Shown one piece after another: positions 52,459 to 60,690 of a stretch of DNA of 64,000 nt. The translations under genes were made by a program, and so were the position numbers. The notes under the pieces were generated by a model. The model saw only the letters and a program-made list of their open reading frames with translations, did not search any database and had not been told where the DNA came from. The stretch is from a virus. The stretch is from the IMG/VR virus record IMGVR_UViG_3300006853_000001. One strand, written 5' to 3'. Every line of letters starts with the position of its first letter. Positions within the stretch are counted from its first letter, which is position 1.

Positions 52459-52872
52459 CTAATCACGGGCCGCGGGTAGTGCGTCTCTCAGGTACTGGTT
52501 CTGACGCATACCCTTAACCTCACGTACGAACACCTTTCGACTCTGGATGCCGTTCCTCGGAGTGAACACCAGGAACTTGCCGCGCTTCGGTCGGATCGGC
52601 CGACGGCGCGGACCGTAGATCCCGGTACCGTCATGCACCCGGCGGGAGTACCGTACGTTGGTTCCGATCCGGACGACGGGGCTGCCTCCGAACGCCCTGA
52701 GCTGTACCTGGACGCTCGACCAGAGACGCTTGGTACGGATACGCCGCGGATGCCCAGCGGCTCCGCCGAGGAGGACTCGGGCGCGCGCCTGAACCTTGAA
52801 ACCTCGGCGCAGCAGATCCTTCGCCTGTTTTTCTCGAAGACGCGCGGTCAACTTAGCGCGGTCGATGCCCAC
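52459..52872 (-). CDS. HK97 gp10-like head-tail joining / tail completion protein
   Basis: YSRRVHDGTGIYGPRRRPIRPKRGKFLVF resembles the gp10-family (E/H)xGT...P.. motif; 137 aa. Confidence 0.45.
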   Translation of the reverse strand: MGIDRAKLTARLREKQAKDLLRRGFKVQARARVLLGGAAGHPRRIRTKRLWSSVQVQLRAFGGSPVVRIGTNVRYSRRVHDGTGIYGPRRRPIRPKRGKFLVFTPRNGIQSRKVFVREVKGMRQNQYLRDALPAARD

Positions 52873-52881
52873 GGCGTCCTC

Positions 52882-55068
52882 CTAGCAGCACGCCCGGCTG
52901 AGCCCGAACTGATATGTGATGTTGACGCCCGCGCACTCGCCCTGGGGACCCACCGTGACGGACGCGCCCACCGTGTACCCGGAGATCCGGTACGCCTCAA
53001 ACAGCGTCTTGAGACAACACGTGATCGCCTGGCGCATGGCCTCCCGGTCATCCTCGAGGATCCGCGCCGCGTCGAGCAGCGCGGCGCACGACGGCGGATG
53101 TCCGGTACTGTCGATGCCCGGAACGCACCGTGTTATGGACGCCGTGACGTCCATCACCAGAAGTGGCGGACCGCATCCGCTGAACGGCGAGCTGGTCGCC
53201 GCGGTCATGTTGGTCTGCGCGGGTGTGTCGCTGGTGATGCTCTGCGCGAACTGGCCACACTCGCAGTTATCCCAGGCGATCTCGCCCGGAACGGCTAGGC
53301 AGGCCCGTGCCGGCGGACCTCCCTCCGTCTCGGCCAGCGCGTCCACGACGCACTGCCCGACACCTGTCACAATGATAAATGCCAGCGTCACGAGGTCCAC
53401 CTCCGTTCCGGGCTCGGGCGCTGCACCCCCGCTCGAGGTGATAGGTTGTGCTGTGTCGATCTCCGTCGTCTGCGCGACGCCAACCGTGCTGAGCGCGCCC
53501 AGCGGGAGGGCGACGTTCGTCTCCGAAACCTGGCCGATCGCCGTCGTGTGACGCGGTGATACGACGCCGGCCAAGTCGTTCTCCACCGCACGACCAACCG
53601 CCGCGGTCTTCGCCGCTTCGACGGCTCCGGCCGTATCGGTCTCGGTCACCTGGGCTACGTCGACCGTCTTGAGCGCGGTGATCGTACCCGCGGAGTCGGT
53701 CTCCGTGACCTTGACGACCTCGATGACCTTGGTGCCCTGCGATGTGATCTGCTGGGCGGTGTCGAGCTCGGTCACCTGACCCAGGTGAACAGTCTTGCTA
53801 AATGTGATCGCGCTCGCGGTATCGGTCTCGACGGCCTGACCTAGTGCGAACGTCTCACGGGCCGTCACGGTACCCGCGGAGTCTGTCTCGACGACTTGTG
53901 CGACGTCCGCAGCTTTAGCGACCTCGAGCGCCCCGGCGACGTCGGTCTCGGTCGCCTGTCCCACCGTGATAACGTGCGTTGCGATTACCGTGCCGGCTGA
54001 GTCCGTCTCCGTTGCCCGGTTGACCGTGACGGTCTTCGCGGTCTCGAGGGCACCTGCCGTGTCGGTCTCGACGGCTTGACCAACGTCATACACACGCATC
54101 GGTGAGACGACACCGGCGGTGTCGGTTTCGGTGACCTGGCCGACGGCTATCGTCTTACGCATCGTCACGATGCCGGCCGCATCCGTCTCGGTGGCTTGGC
54201 CGAGAATTACGGTCTTACGAACGGTAATAACACCGGCCGAGTCGGTCTCCGTAACTTGACCGACCGCGATCGTCTGACCGCCACCCGTCTGGACCGGTGT
54301 GATGACCGCGGCGGAGTCTGTCTCGGTAACCTGGCCGATGACGTACGTGTGACGACGAGTTAGAACCCCCGCGGAGTCGGTCTCGGTGACCTGCCCTATC
54401 GCAACGGTCTGAAGACCGGGCTTGAGAAGAACGCTCGTCCCGGACAGCCGGTCCGCCGTAACGACCGAGAAGGTGATGTCACCAGTTGCGTTAGCGTTCG
54501 GTAGTGCCCGCGTCGACACCGCCGCGTTGGCGTTTGCGTTCGTGGCGTGTGTTGAGGAGACCTCAACCGTCTCGGGGTAGTTAGTGATCGCGTTGAAGTC
54601 TTGCTGGACACCACCCGCCGTGCGGGAGAACTCCCAGACGAGGTGAGTGGTACCGAGACCGGCCGGATCCACCCCGGGAACGGCCAGTGACGAGTCAGAC
54701 GCGCCCGAGGCGACGCCGGCCGGCGCCGATTCCACGATGTCTGTCGCGTCGCCGCCGGAGTACGCGACAGCGATGATCACCGCCCGGCGTGTCGACCCAC
54801 CGAAGGAGAACGTGTACGGTCCGGCCTCACCCGCCCCGCACTTCTTCTTCCACGTCGACGCAACGGTGACCGTGCCGCCGGCGATGTCTGCGGCCGTGGC
54901 TCGTGACAGCCCACCGGCCGTGTTAGTGTGCGCCCCTGTGCCGCCGGCCGAACACACACCGATGATCAACCAGTCAAACTGCTCCATCCCCGTCGGGGAC
55001 ACGGAGAGCGTGGTGGCACCGTCGGTGGTGGCCGTGTTGCTGGCCAGTGTGCGTACGCCGAGCGCCAT
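52882..55068 (-). CDS. virion structural protein with 16 tandem 20 aa repeats and Cys-rich C-terminal domain
   Basis: The protein has an N-terminal beta-rich domain of about 220 aa. It is followed by 16 copies of xxxxGQVTETDSAGVxxxxK, then a Cys-rich domain of about 180 aa (ACLAVPGEIAWDNCECGQ...). Confidence 0.6.
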   Translation of the reverse strand: MALGVRTLASNTATTDGATTLSVSPTGMEQFDWLIIGVCSAGGTGAHTNTAGGLSRATAADIAGGTVTVASTWKKKCGAGEAGPYTFSFGGSTRRAVIIAVAYSGGDATDIVESAPAGVASGASDSSLAVPGVDPAGLGTTHLVWEFSRTAGGVQQDFNAITNYPETVEVSSTHATNANANAAVSTRALPNANATGDITFSVVTADRLSGTSVLLKPGLQTVAIGQVTETDSAGVLTRRHTYVIGQVTETDSAAVITPVQTGGGQTIAVGQVTETDSAGVITVRKTVILGQATETDAAGIVTMRKTIAVGQVTETDTAGVVSPMRVYDVGQAVETDTAGALETAKTVTVNRATETDSAGTVIATHVITVGQATETDVAGALEVAKAADVAQVVETDSAGTVTARETFALGQAVETDTASAITFSKTVHLGQVTELDTAQQITSQGTKVIEVVKVTETDSAGTITALKTVDVAQVTETDTAGAVEAAKTAAVGRAVENDLAGVVSPRHTTAIGQVSETNVALPLGALSTVGVAQTTEIDTAQPITSSGGAAPEPGTEVDLVTLAFIIVTGVGQCVVDALAETEGGPPARACLAVPGEIAWDNCECGQFAQSITSDTPAQTNMTAATSSPFSGCGPPLLVMDVTASITRCVPGIDSTGHPPSCAALLDAARILEDDREAMRQAITCCLKTLFEAYRISGYTVGASVTVGPQGECAGVNITYQFGLSRACC
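53434..54408 (-). repeat. about 16 diverged 60 bp tandem repeats (coding for G-Q-V-T-E-T-D-S-A-G units)
   Basis: The period is 20 aa between aa 221 and 545 of the 728 aa ORF, with one 25 aa unit and one 22 aa unit. Confidence 0.8.
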
Positions 55069-55096
55069 GTGCGCATCCCCCTAGCTCCTAGGGGAT

Positions 55097-55570
55097 CTAC
55101 TGCGCCCGGAAGAAGCCGGCCGTCGCGATCTGTGCGGTGACGTCACTGCCGTCCGGAGTCACCACGAAGTCGTGCCAGGTGCACGGTACGATGTTCGCGT
55201 CGGTACCCGCGGTGGTGTCACTGTCATACGAGAATGACAGGTCTGTCGCCGTACCTGCGGTAACCGATGTCCACGTCTGGTCCGGGCAGTCGACGTCGAC
55301 CCAGTTGTTCGTGTCATCCACGGTTACCGTGATGCCGCCGGCATCACTCAGCGTCTTGCGCGTCCACCCCGTCGCGACCCGCTCGGTGACGCCGGTCAAC
55401 GCCTCCACGTCGGCCACCGTATTCGCGTCACGCACCTGGTCGTCGGTCGAGCTGCCGTCGTTGTTCCAAATCGAGATGATCAGCGCCGAGTTGGTCGGGT
55501 CATTTGCGTTGACGCGCGCGGCGTACTCCGCGACCTTCCCCTTAGCGATGTTGAACACGAGATCGGCCAC
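55097..55570 (-). CDS. virion structural protein (possible tail tube or decoration protein)
   Basis: 157 aa, Thr/Asp-rich, predicted beta-rich. GTG follows GGAGGG. It lies within the head-tail gene block. Confidence 0.4.
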   Translation of the reverse strand: MADLVFNIAKGKVAEYAARVNANDPTNSALIISIWNNDGSSTDDQVRDANTVADVEALTGVTERVATGWTRKTLSDAGGITVTVDDTNNWVDVDCPDQTWTSVTAGTATDLSFSYDSDTTAGTDANIVPCTWHDFVVTPDGSDVTAQIATAGFFRAQ

Positions 55571-55573
55571 GAC

Positions 55574-56074
55574 TCAGCCCTCCAGCACGAGGTCGTAGAA
55601 GTGGTCAACCCGCGTCTCGCCGGCCGCGTACAACTCCGGCGTCACCGAGGCGTCATCAGCGCCGTCCGCGACGTACTTGTCGGGCTGGTGTGTCACACGA
55701 TACACCACGTCGCCGGTCACCGCTTTGATGACGATTCGGTCGTAGTGCATGAACATGTGCGGAGCACCGGTCTGTGAGCTGTTCCAGTCGGTCTGCGCCG
55801 GTCCGGCCGGCCGAACCACCGGGTTGCCGCCGATCCCCTGGAGCCATCCCTCCGAGATGCCACGTGCCACCCAGCGGGTAGGCACGCGCGTCGCGGCCGG
55901 CACGTCACCTACGACCTCGACGCCCATGAGGGGCCACGGCTCGTGTTCCTCACCCGGAGTCGCCGGGTTAACCAGCTTCTTCAGTCCCGTCACCGGGTCG
56001 AAGCGCACCTCCCGGGTACCCGTTGACCGGTCCGCCAGCTTGCGTACCGTTAGCGGAGTCATCGTTACGCTCAT
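55574..56074 (-). CDS. virion structural / head-tail connector protein
   Basis: 166 aa ORF with ATG after GGAGGTGGG. Confidence 0.4.
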   Translation of the reverse strand: MSVTMTPLTVRKLADRSTGTREVRFDPVTGLKKLVNPATPGEEHEPWPLMGVEVVGDVPAATRVPTRWVARGISEGWLQGIGGNPVVRPAGPAQTDWNSSQTGAPHMFMHYDRIVIKAVTGDVVYRVTHQPDKYVADGADDASVTPELYAAGETRVDHFYDLVLEG

Positions 56075-56111
56075 CGTGCTGTCCCACCTCCGTCGTTAGT
56101 GCGCGGCCGAA

Positions 56112-56882
56112 CTACGTGTACCGCGGCGGGTTGTCGATGTCGTACGCCTGCGCGCGACGCGTGAGTCCGCGTGGGTTGTACGTCTGTATCAGCAGGTCCG
56201 GCAGGTAGAGTCCGGTCCTACCGTTCGCGAAGACCTCATTTGGGTCCAAAAACGTGATATTGACGCCCTGACGTGACAGCGACTGCACCTGCTTCGGTAG
56301 GCCGCACGTCTCGTCACACGCGAGCATCTTCGCGATCTCGGCCGTCAGGACCCCGTGTGCCAGCAGAGCGAGCGTCGGTATCGGCAAACCGATCTGGAAG
56401 GTCACAGACCACGTGTTAGGCTCGGTATCGGCCAGGTTGAGGTCGTTGCATTCGGGCCAGCTTCCGCCGAGGCGCACGAGACGTCGTCCGTCATCGAGAC
56501 GGTATGATCCCGTAGGTAGCGCGATCCCATCTACCTTGACCTGGATGACGGCGTACACCGGCCCCGGCAACACTACCTCGGAGACGGGCGAGCACGAGCA
56601 TCCCGTCGTACACTCACCACACGTGATGTTGTACCACGAACCGGCGTGAAGAAGTGGCACCGGGTACGTGCTGAACCCGGCGCCGCCGTCCCACCCGCCG
56701 TAGCACGTCTCGCGACAGGGACGAATCGTCACCGGGCACAGGCCGAACTGGCGCCCCGTCAGGGCGAACAAGATCTCGGTGGATGCCTCGGCGGCTAGGC
56801 CGGTGAACGCGTATGAACTCGTCGGTACGGCACACGAGAAGGTCGGCGTCCACGTCTCGCACAGTCCCGAGGGAAGCGGCAC
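56112..56882 (-). CDS. Cys-rich virion structural protein (head-tail adaptor candidate)
   Basis: 256 aa with many Cys residues (ITCGECTTGCSCSP). GTG follows GGGAGG. Confidence 0.4.
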   Translation of the reverse strand: MPLPSGLCETWTPTFSCAVPTSSYAFTGLAAEASTEILFALTGRQFGLCPVTIRPCRETCYGGWDGGAGFSTYPVPLLHAGSWYNITCGECTTGCSCSPVSEVVLPGPVYAVIQVKVDGIALPTGSYRLDDGRRLVRLGGSWPECNDLNLADTEPNTWSVTFQIGLPIPTLALLAHGVLTAEIAKMLACDETCGLPKQVQSLSRQGVNITFLDPNEVFANGRTGLYLPDLLIQTYNPRGLTRRAQAYDIDNPPRYT

Positions 56883-56898
56883 GCGACGTCACCTCCCG

Positions 56899-57561
56899 CT
56901 ACAGGAGCACGGCGCCGCACGTCGCCGTCGGCGGCGCGGCGGTCGTGATGTTGTGCAGGAAGTGTTCGCCGGACTCGACGGTGTTGATACCCAGCCACGT
57001 CGCCGCGCCGGACCGAGACAGCCACAGCGGTCCGACCGACCGGGTCTCGACCAGCGTGGTGAACTGGAACGGCGCGTTCTCGAAGGTGAAGTCCTGGATC
57101 TTCGCGTTGCCCGCGTTCATAAACGCCCAGTACACGAACTGCTGCTGTCCGCTCGCATCACACGCCCCGAGCCCGGTGACGGGCTGCCACACCTCGAGCG
57201 AGTGGCGGGACGTCAGCAGACCCTCGCCGTACGCGACGCCCGTGCCGGTGACCGTGTTGGTCGTCAGCAGCCTCTCGCCGGTGATCACAACGATCGCGTC
57301 CGGGTCGAGCACGCAGAAGTTGGTCGTCAGGTCCACCCGGGTCAGCTCAGACGCGTCCTTCTGATAGACGCACAGCGCCCCGTTGGCCTTCCGCTGGGTG
57401 TGCTCCTCGCCGTCCTGGTACTGCGGCGACGGCTCAATGGAGATGAAGCCGTCGGTGACTACGACGGCGCTCGACGCGCCGGTCACCGGGTTACCGCACA
57501 CGTCCAGCTTGATCAGGCGCGCGACCCGTGCCTGGATCGGCGACACGCACCTCGCTACCAC
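56899..57561 (-). CDS. virion structural protein (tube-like beta protein)
   Basis: 220 aa with N-terminal ARVARLIKLDVCGNPV. GTG follows AGGAGG. Confidence 0.4.
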   Translation of the reverse strand: MVARCVSPIQARVARLIKLDVCGNPVTGASSAVVVTDGFISIEPSPQYQDGEEHTQRKANGALCVYQKDASELTRVDLTTNFCVLDPDAIVVITGERLLTTNTVTGTGVAYGEGLLTSRHSLEVWQPVTGLGACDASGQQQFVYWAFMNAGNAKIQDFTFENAPFQFTTLVETRSVGPLWLSRSGAATWLGINTVESGEHFLHNITTAAPPTATCGAVLL

Positions 57562-57570
57562 GGCTTCCTC

Positions 57571-58494
57571 CTAGCTAGACGTGCCCGCCGCGCCGGCGAC
57601 GACGCCGCCGGTCGAGACGTTGACCGCAATGTGACAACACTCCCAGCCGATGACGAACGTCCTCTCGGCCAGGGTACGCAGGTTGTTCGTTGCGCGGTTG
57701 ATCGACTCGCGTCCCGACACCACCTCGAGATCACCCTTATACACGAACATCGCACCGGTCGCGTACATCCACGCGGACGCGCCGGACGACACCCCCGCCG
57801 GCGACGACCCGGTGTACCCGGCGCCCAGCACGATGACGTTCCCGGTCGGCGTCCGGTAGCGGAAGCCGTCACGTATCAGCAGGTTCGCGTTCGCCAGAGC
57901 GGGTGCGAGCACCAGCGGAACGTGAATGACGCCTACGCCGTCGTAGCAGTCACCCAGCGTCGCCTCCAGGCGGCCGAGCGCCTCCACGATGTCCAACGCC
58001 ACGGCGCCGGATACGACGACGGTCGCGGCCGTCTGCAGCGTCACACCGGCGTCATCAGTCACCGCGGCGTTGGCCGCCAGGTGCGGATACACCACGGGCT
58101 GGCCCGCCGCGGTACCGGTCCAGAACGCCCGCTCCACCTGGTAGTGCTCGGCCTCGGTGAGCGCGCGATCGCGAAGCTCCTCGAGGCGCTCCCAGAAGCC
58201 CGGCGCGGAGCAGTCCACCGTGCTGTAGACGGTGAATGATGTGGCGCCGCGCTTCGTTAGCTGGGACGTTTCGGACTTCGCCGGGGCCGGCGGGGCGGGC
58301 GCCGACCCCGATCCCGTGACCGCGAAGCACGCGTCATACGTGGTTGACGCCACCGCGCACAGCGGCTCGTATGTAACCCCGGCCTGCCAGTGACGATTAG
58401 TCGGGTTGCGCGTCTCCGTCCGTAGGGTCGAGAGTAGGCCGAACGGGCGCGAGGTGAACGCGGGTGCCGACACATACTCGCGAAATGCGACCAC
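57571..58494 (-). CDS. HK97-fold major capsid protein
   Basis: ALTEAEHYQVERAFWTGTAAG aligns with HK97 gp5 LALKEEGQLLNGDGTG. The C-terminal SINRATNNLRTLAERTFVI aligns with DNFVKNMLTILCEERLAL, which carries the crosslink Asn and catalytic Glu. Confidence 0.6.
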   Translation of the reverse strand: MVAFREYVSAPAFTSRPFGLLSTLRTETRNPTNRHWQAGVTYEPLCAVASTTYDACFAVTGSGSAPAPPAPAKSETSQLTKRGATSFTVYSTVDCSAPGFWERLEELRDRALTEAEHYQVERAFWTGTAAGQPVVYPHLAANAAVTDDAGVTLQTAATVVVSGAVALDIVEALGRLEATLGDCYDGVGVIHVPLVLAPALANANLLIRDGFRYRTPTGNVIVLGAGYTGSSPAGVSSGASAWMYATGAMFVYKGDLEVVSGRESINRATNNLRTLAERTFVIGWECCHIAVNVSTGGVVAGAAGTSS

Positions 58495-58547
58495 CCGCGC
58501 TCACCTCCCTCGTGGCTCATGCGTCGTGGTTCGTACGAACCCCGACA

Positions 58548-60290
58548 CTACGCGACGTGGCACTCGGAGCAGGTACCGCCGGTGAGACCACCGACACAGA
58601 CGGGCAAGGTGTAGAGGCGCGACTGGTGACCCTGCCGACCGATCAGGTGACACTCCTCGGACCAGGCCGCCGTGTGGTCGTTGGTTGCGTTGAGCACCGA
58701 ATCCCGCACGACACCCAGGTCCAGCGACATGCCGTTGCCGCGGAAGAACGTACCCGCGGCGTAGATCATGAACGTCACGGTGTCGGGCCACGCGAGCAGC
58801 GGCGTGGCGCCACCCGGCTGACCCGCGGTCCGGATCTGCCAGTCGGCGACCCACTGAATGCGCACCCGGCGGGCGGTGAACAGGCGGTCGATGTCCGCGT
58901 TCGAGAAGTTCGTGGGATCGACTCCGGTACGACGACTGAGGTCGCTCCGGATGGCGTCGCGCGCCCAGCGGGGAAGCACGATCTCGAGCACGTCATCGTC
59001 GCACATGCCGAACCGCGTCCGGTAGTCCTGGGCAGCCAGGCCCACGATGTCCGGTAGGTCGGTGGAGATCGCCCGGCAGGAGCCCGACGGGATGGTGGAC
59101 GAGCTCGTGGAAAGCGTCACCATCTGCTGGATGTACCGCTGGTTCATGGCGTGATAGTGCGCCGACATCAGCAGCTTAAGGAAGTTCCGCGTCGCCTCGG
59201 GCCACGCGTTGTCCGTCAGGTTGCCGGCGGTGAGACAGATGCCGTAGCACTCCAGCCGGGCTTCGTCGAAGCCGGCGCACGGCACCCGGACGCACGGCTT
59301 GGTCGGCGAGCCGGTGGCGGCGAGGATGTCGTCCGCCTCGGTCCACACCCACGGGTTGGTCGCGTTGGTGAACGTACCGGTGAAGACGTCGGCCAGGGAC
59401 GGCGACACCGGCCAGCGGAGACCGCCGCGCCGGATGCCGATGGTCGGTAGGTCGATCATCCCGTCATCACACGCGATGTTGAAGAAGTCGTACCGCGTCT
59501 CGGACGGGGCGCACCAGCCGCCCGCGGCGACCAGCGAGTCGATCCGATCGGGCGTCCGGATGTGCCGGAGCAGGTCCTCGAGCTCGGCGGGCTTGGTGCC
59601 CTCGCCGTCGAGCACGAACTCGAAGTCGTTCTGAACGCTCGCCACGAGCTGGAACCCGGGCTGGCCGTTCGTGATCGCGGCGCTGCGCGCCTGCGCCTGA
59701 ACGACCCGGACCAGCGTGTCGATGTCGGTGATGTTCGAACCCACCTGGATGCCGGACGCCGGTGCGGCCGCGACGATCGTCAGGCTGCCGCCGACCGCGG
59801 TCTCCGGATTCGGGATGGCCGGTGCGTTCGCCTGCGCGGCGGCCAGCGACGCGGCTCGAGGCGCGGTACGTGTTGGCGCCGGTGCCGGTGTCGGCTTCGT
59901 GGTAGCCGTCTCGACCTTAGCCGCGACCGTTCCCTCACCCTCGTCGCCTCCGCCGTCCCCGTCACCGTCACTCTCACCGGCGCCGGAGTCTTCCGCGGCC
60001 GGCTCGTCGGCGCGACTCTGGGCGGCGGACCGTACCTTGTCGATACGCGCCATGGCGGTGGAACGGCCGCTCGCGGCGCGGGTCTGCGAGCGCGCGGAAA
60101 CGACCGCGGCCTCGACGGCCTCGATGCCACCGGCCAGCGTCTCGAGCCGTGTCACCCCGGCCTCGTCGATCGCCTCGTTTCCGGCGAGTGTGTCGAACTC
60201 GGCGAGCGCACGCGTCTGAAGCGCGGTCAGCTCGTCCAGGGACAGCGCGGAGAGATCCTGGGGAAAGACCACAGCCTCATTCGCGTCCAC
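58548..60290 (-). CDS. capsid-associated structural protein with scaffold-like N-terminus (second capsid/scaffold candidate)
   Basis: 580 aa. The N-terminus is helical (LSLDELTALQTRALAEFDTL), followed by an acidic/Pro linker, then GGWCAPSETRYDF and KPCVRVPCAGF, which I recall from actinophage capsid-type proteins. The gene has its own promoter-like element and a GAGG site. Confidence 0.5.
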   Translation of the reverse strand: MDANEAVVFPQDLSALSLDELTALQTRALAEFDTLAGNEAIDEAGVTRLETLAGGIEAVEAAVVSARSQTRAASGRSTAMARIDKVRSAAQSRADEPAAEDSGAGESDGDGDGGGDEGEGTVAAKVETATTKPTPAPAPTRTAPRAASLAAAQANAPAIPNPETAVGGSLTIVAAAPASGIQVGSNITDIDTLVRVVQAQARSAAITNGQPGFQLVASVQNDFEFVLDGEGTKPAELEDLLRHIRTPDRIDSLVAAGGWCAPSETRYDFFNIACDDGMIDLPTIGIRRGGLRWPVSPSLADVFTGTFTNATNPWVWTEADDILAATGSPTKPCVRVPCAGFDEARLECYGICLTAGNLTDNAWPEATRNFLKLLMSAHYHAMNQRYIQQMVTLSTSSSTIPSGSCRAISTDLPDIVGLAAQDYRTRFGMCDDDVLEIVLPRWARDAIRSDLSRRTGVDPTNFSNADIDRLFTARRVRIQWVADWQIRTAGQPGGATPLLAWPDTVTFMIYAAGTFFRGNGMSLDLGVVRDSVLNATNDHTAAWSEECHLIGRQGHQSRLYTLPVCVGGLTGGTCSECHVA

Positions 60291-60442
60291 GTGGGATACC
60301 TCACTCTACGTGTGGACTGGTGGCCGCCTCGAACCTCGCGTTTCGAGCGAGGTGTTCGGCAACCTCGAACATTAGCTTGCGGCCCGAGGCTAACAGTAGC
60401 ACGGTGCGCATCACGGTGCAAGGTAGCACGGCGAAGCAGCAT

Positions 60443-60451
60443 ATCATAGCA
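60443..60451 (-). promoter_or_regulatory. extended -10 element TGCTATGAT upstream of the 580 aa capsid-region gene
   Basis: The rc of atcatagca lies immediately downstream (in the minus sense) of the 12 bp hairpin. Confidence 0.45.
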
Positions 60452-60454
60452 TCA

Positions 60455-60484
60455 CACCCCGGAGCGCCGGGTCGCTCCGGGGTG
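60455..60484 (-). terminator. perfect 12 bp stem / 6 nt loop hairpin
   Basis: The sequence is CACCCCGGAGCG-ccgggt-CGCTCCGGGGTG, lying between the protease operon and the capsid-region gene. Confidence 0.5.
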
Positions 60485-60505
60485 CGGTTGTGCGGTGTTG
60501 TGTCT

Positions 60506-60634
60506 CTAGCCGGCGGACGCTCCCACGTGTTGCGTACGCTCCGCCGCCGCACGTTCACGCGCCGCCTCGGCGGCGGCCTCGGCGGCCCTGTCCGCCTCCG
60601 CCCGCGCCAGTTGTGTGGACGTGACCTGTTCCAT
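60506..60634 (-). CDS. 42 aa Ala/Glu-rich helical peptide
   Basis: The translation is MEQVTSTQLARAEADRAAEAAAEAARERAAAERTQHVGASAG. The ribosome-binding site is weak. It is too short for the ORF track. Confidence 0.3.
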   Translation of the reverse strand: MEQVTSTQLARAEADRAAEAAAEAARERAAAERTQHVGASAG

Positions 60635-60690
60635 CCTACGCTGTCCGCATCCGCATCCCACGTGTCTCTCCCGCCTCTCGGTGGCGAGAT

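Noticed and set aside
56779-58239. 486 aa plus-strand ORF, and similar ones at 59562-60449, 60955-61986 and 41685-42416
   Set aside because: All lie antisense to structural or glycosyltransferase genes that have clear ribosome-binding sites and motifs. Their translations are Arg/Gly/Pro-rich low complexity.
60301-60558. 85 aa minus-strand ORF in the protease-capsid spacer
   Set aside because: It spans the 12 bp hairpin and the promoter-like element. It has no ribosome-binding site and poor coding composition.
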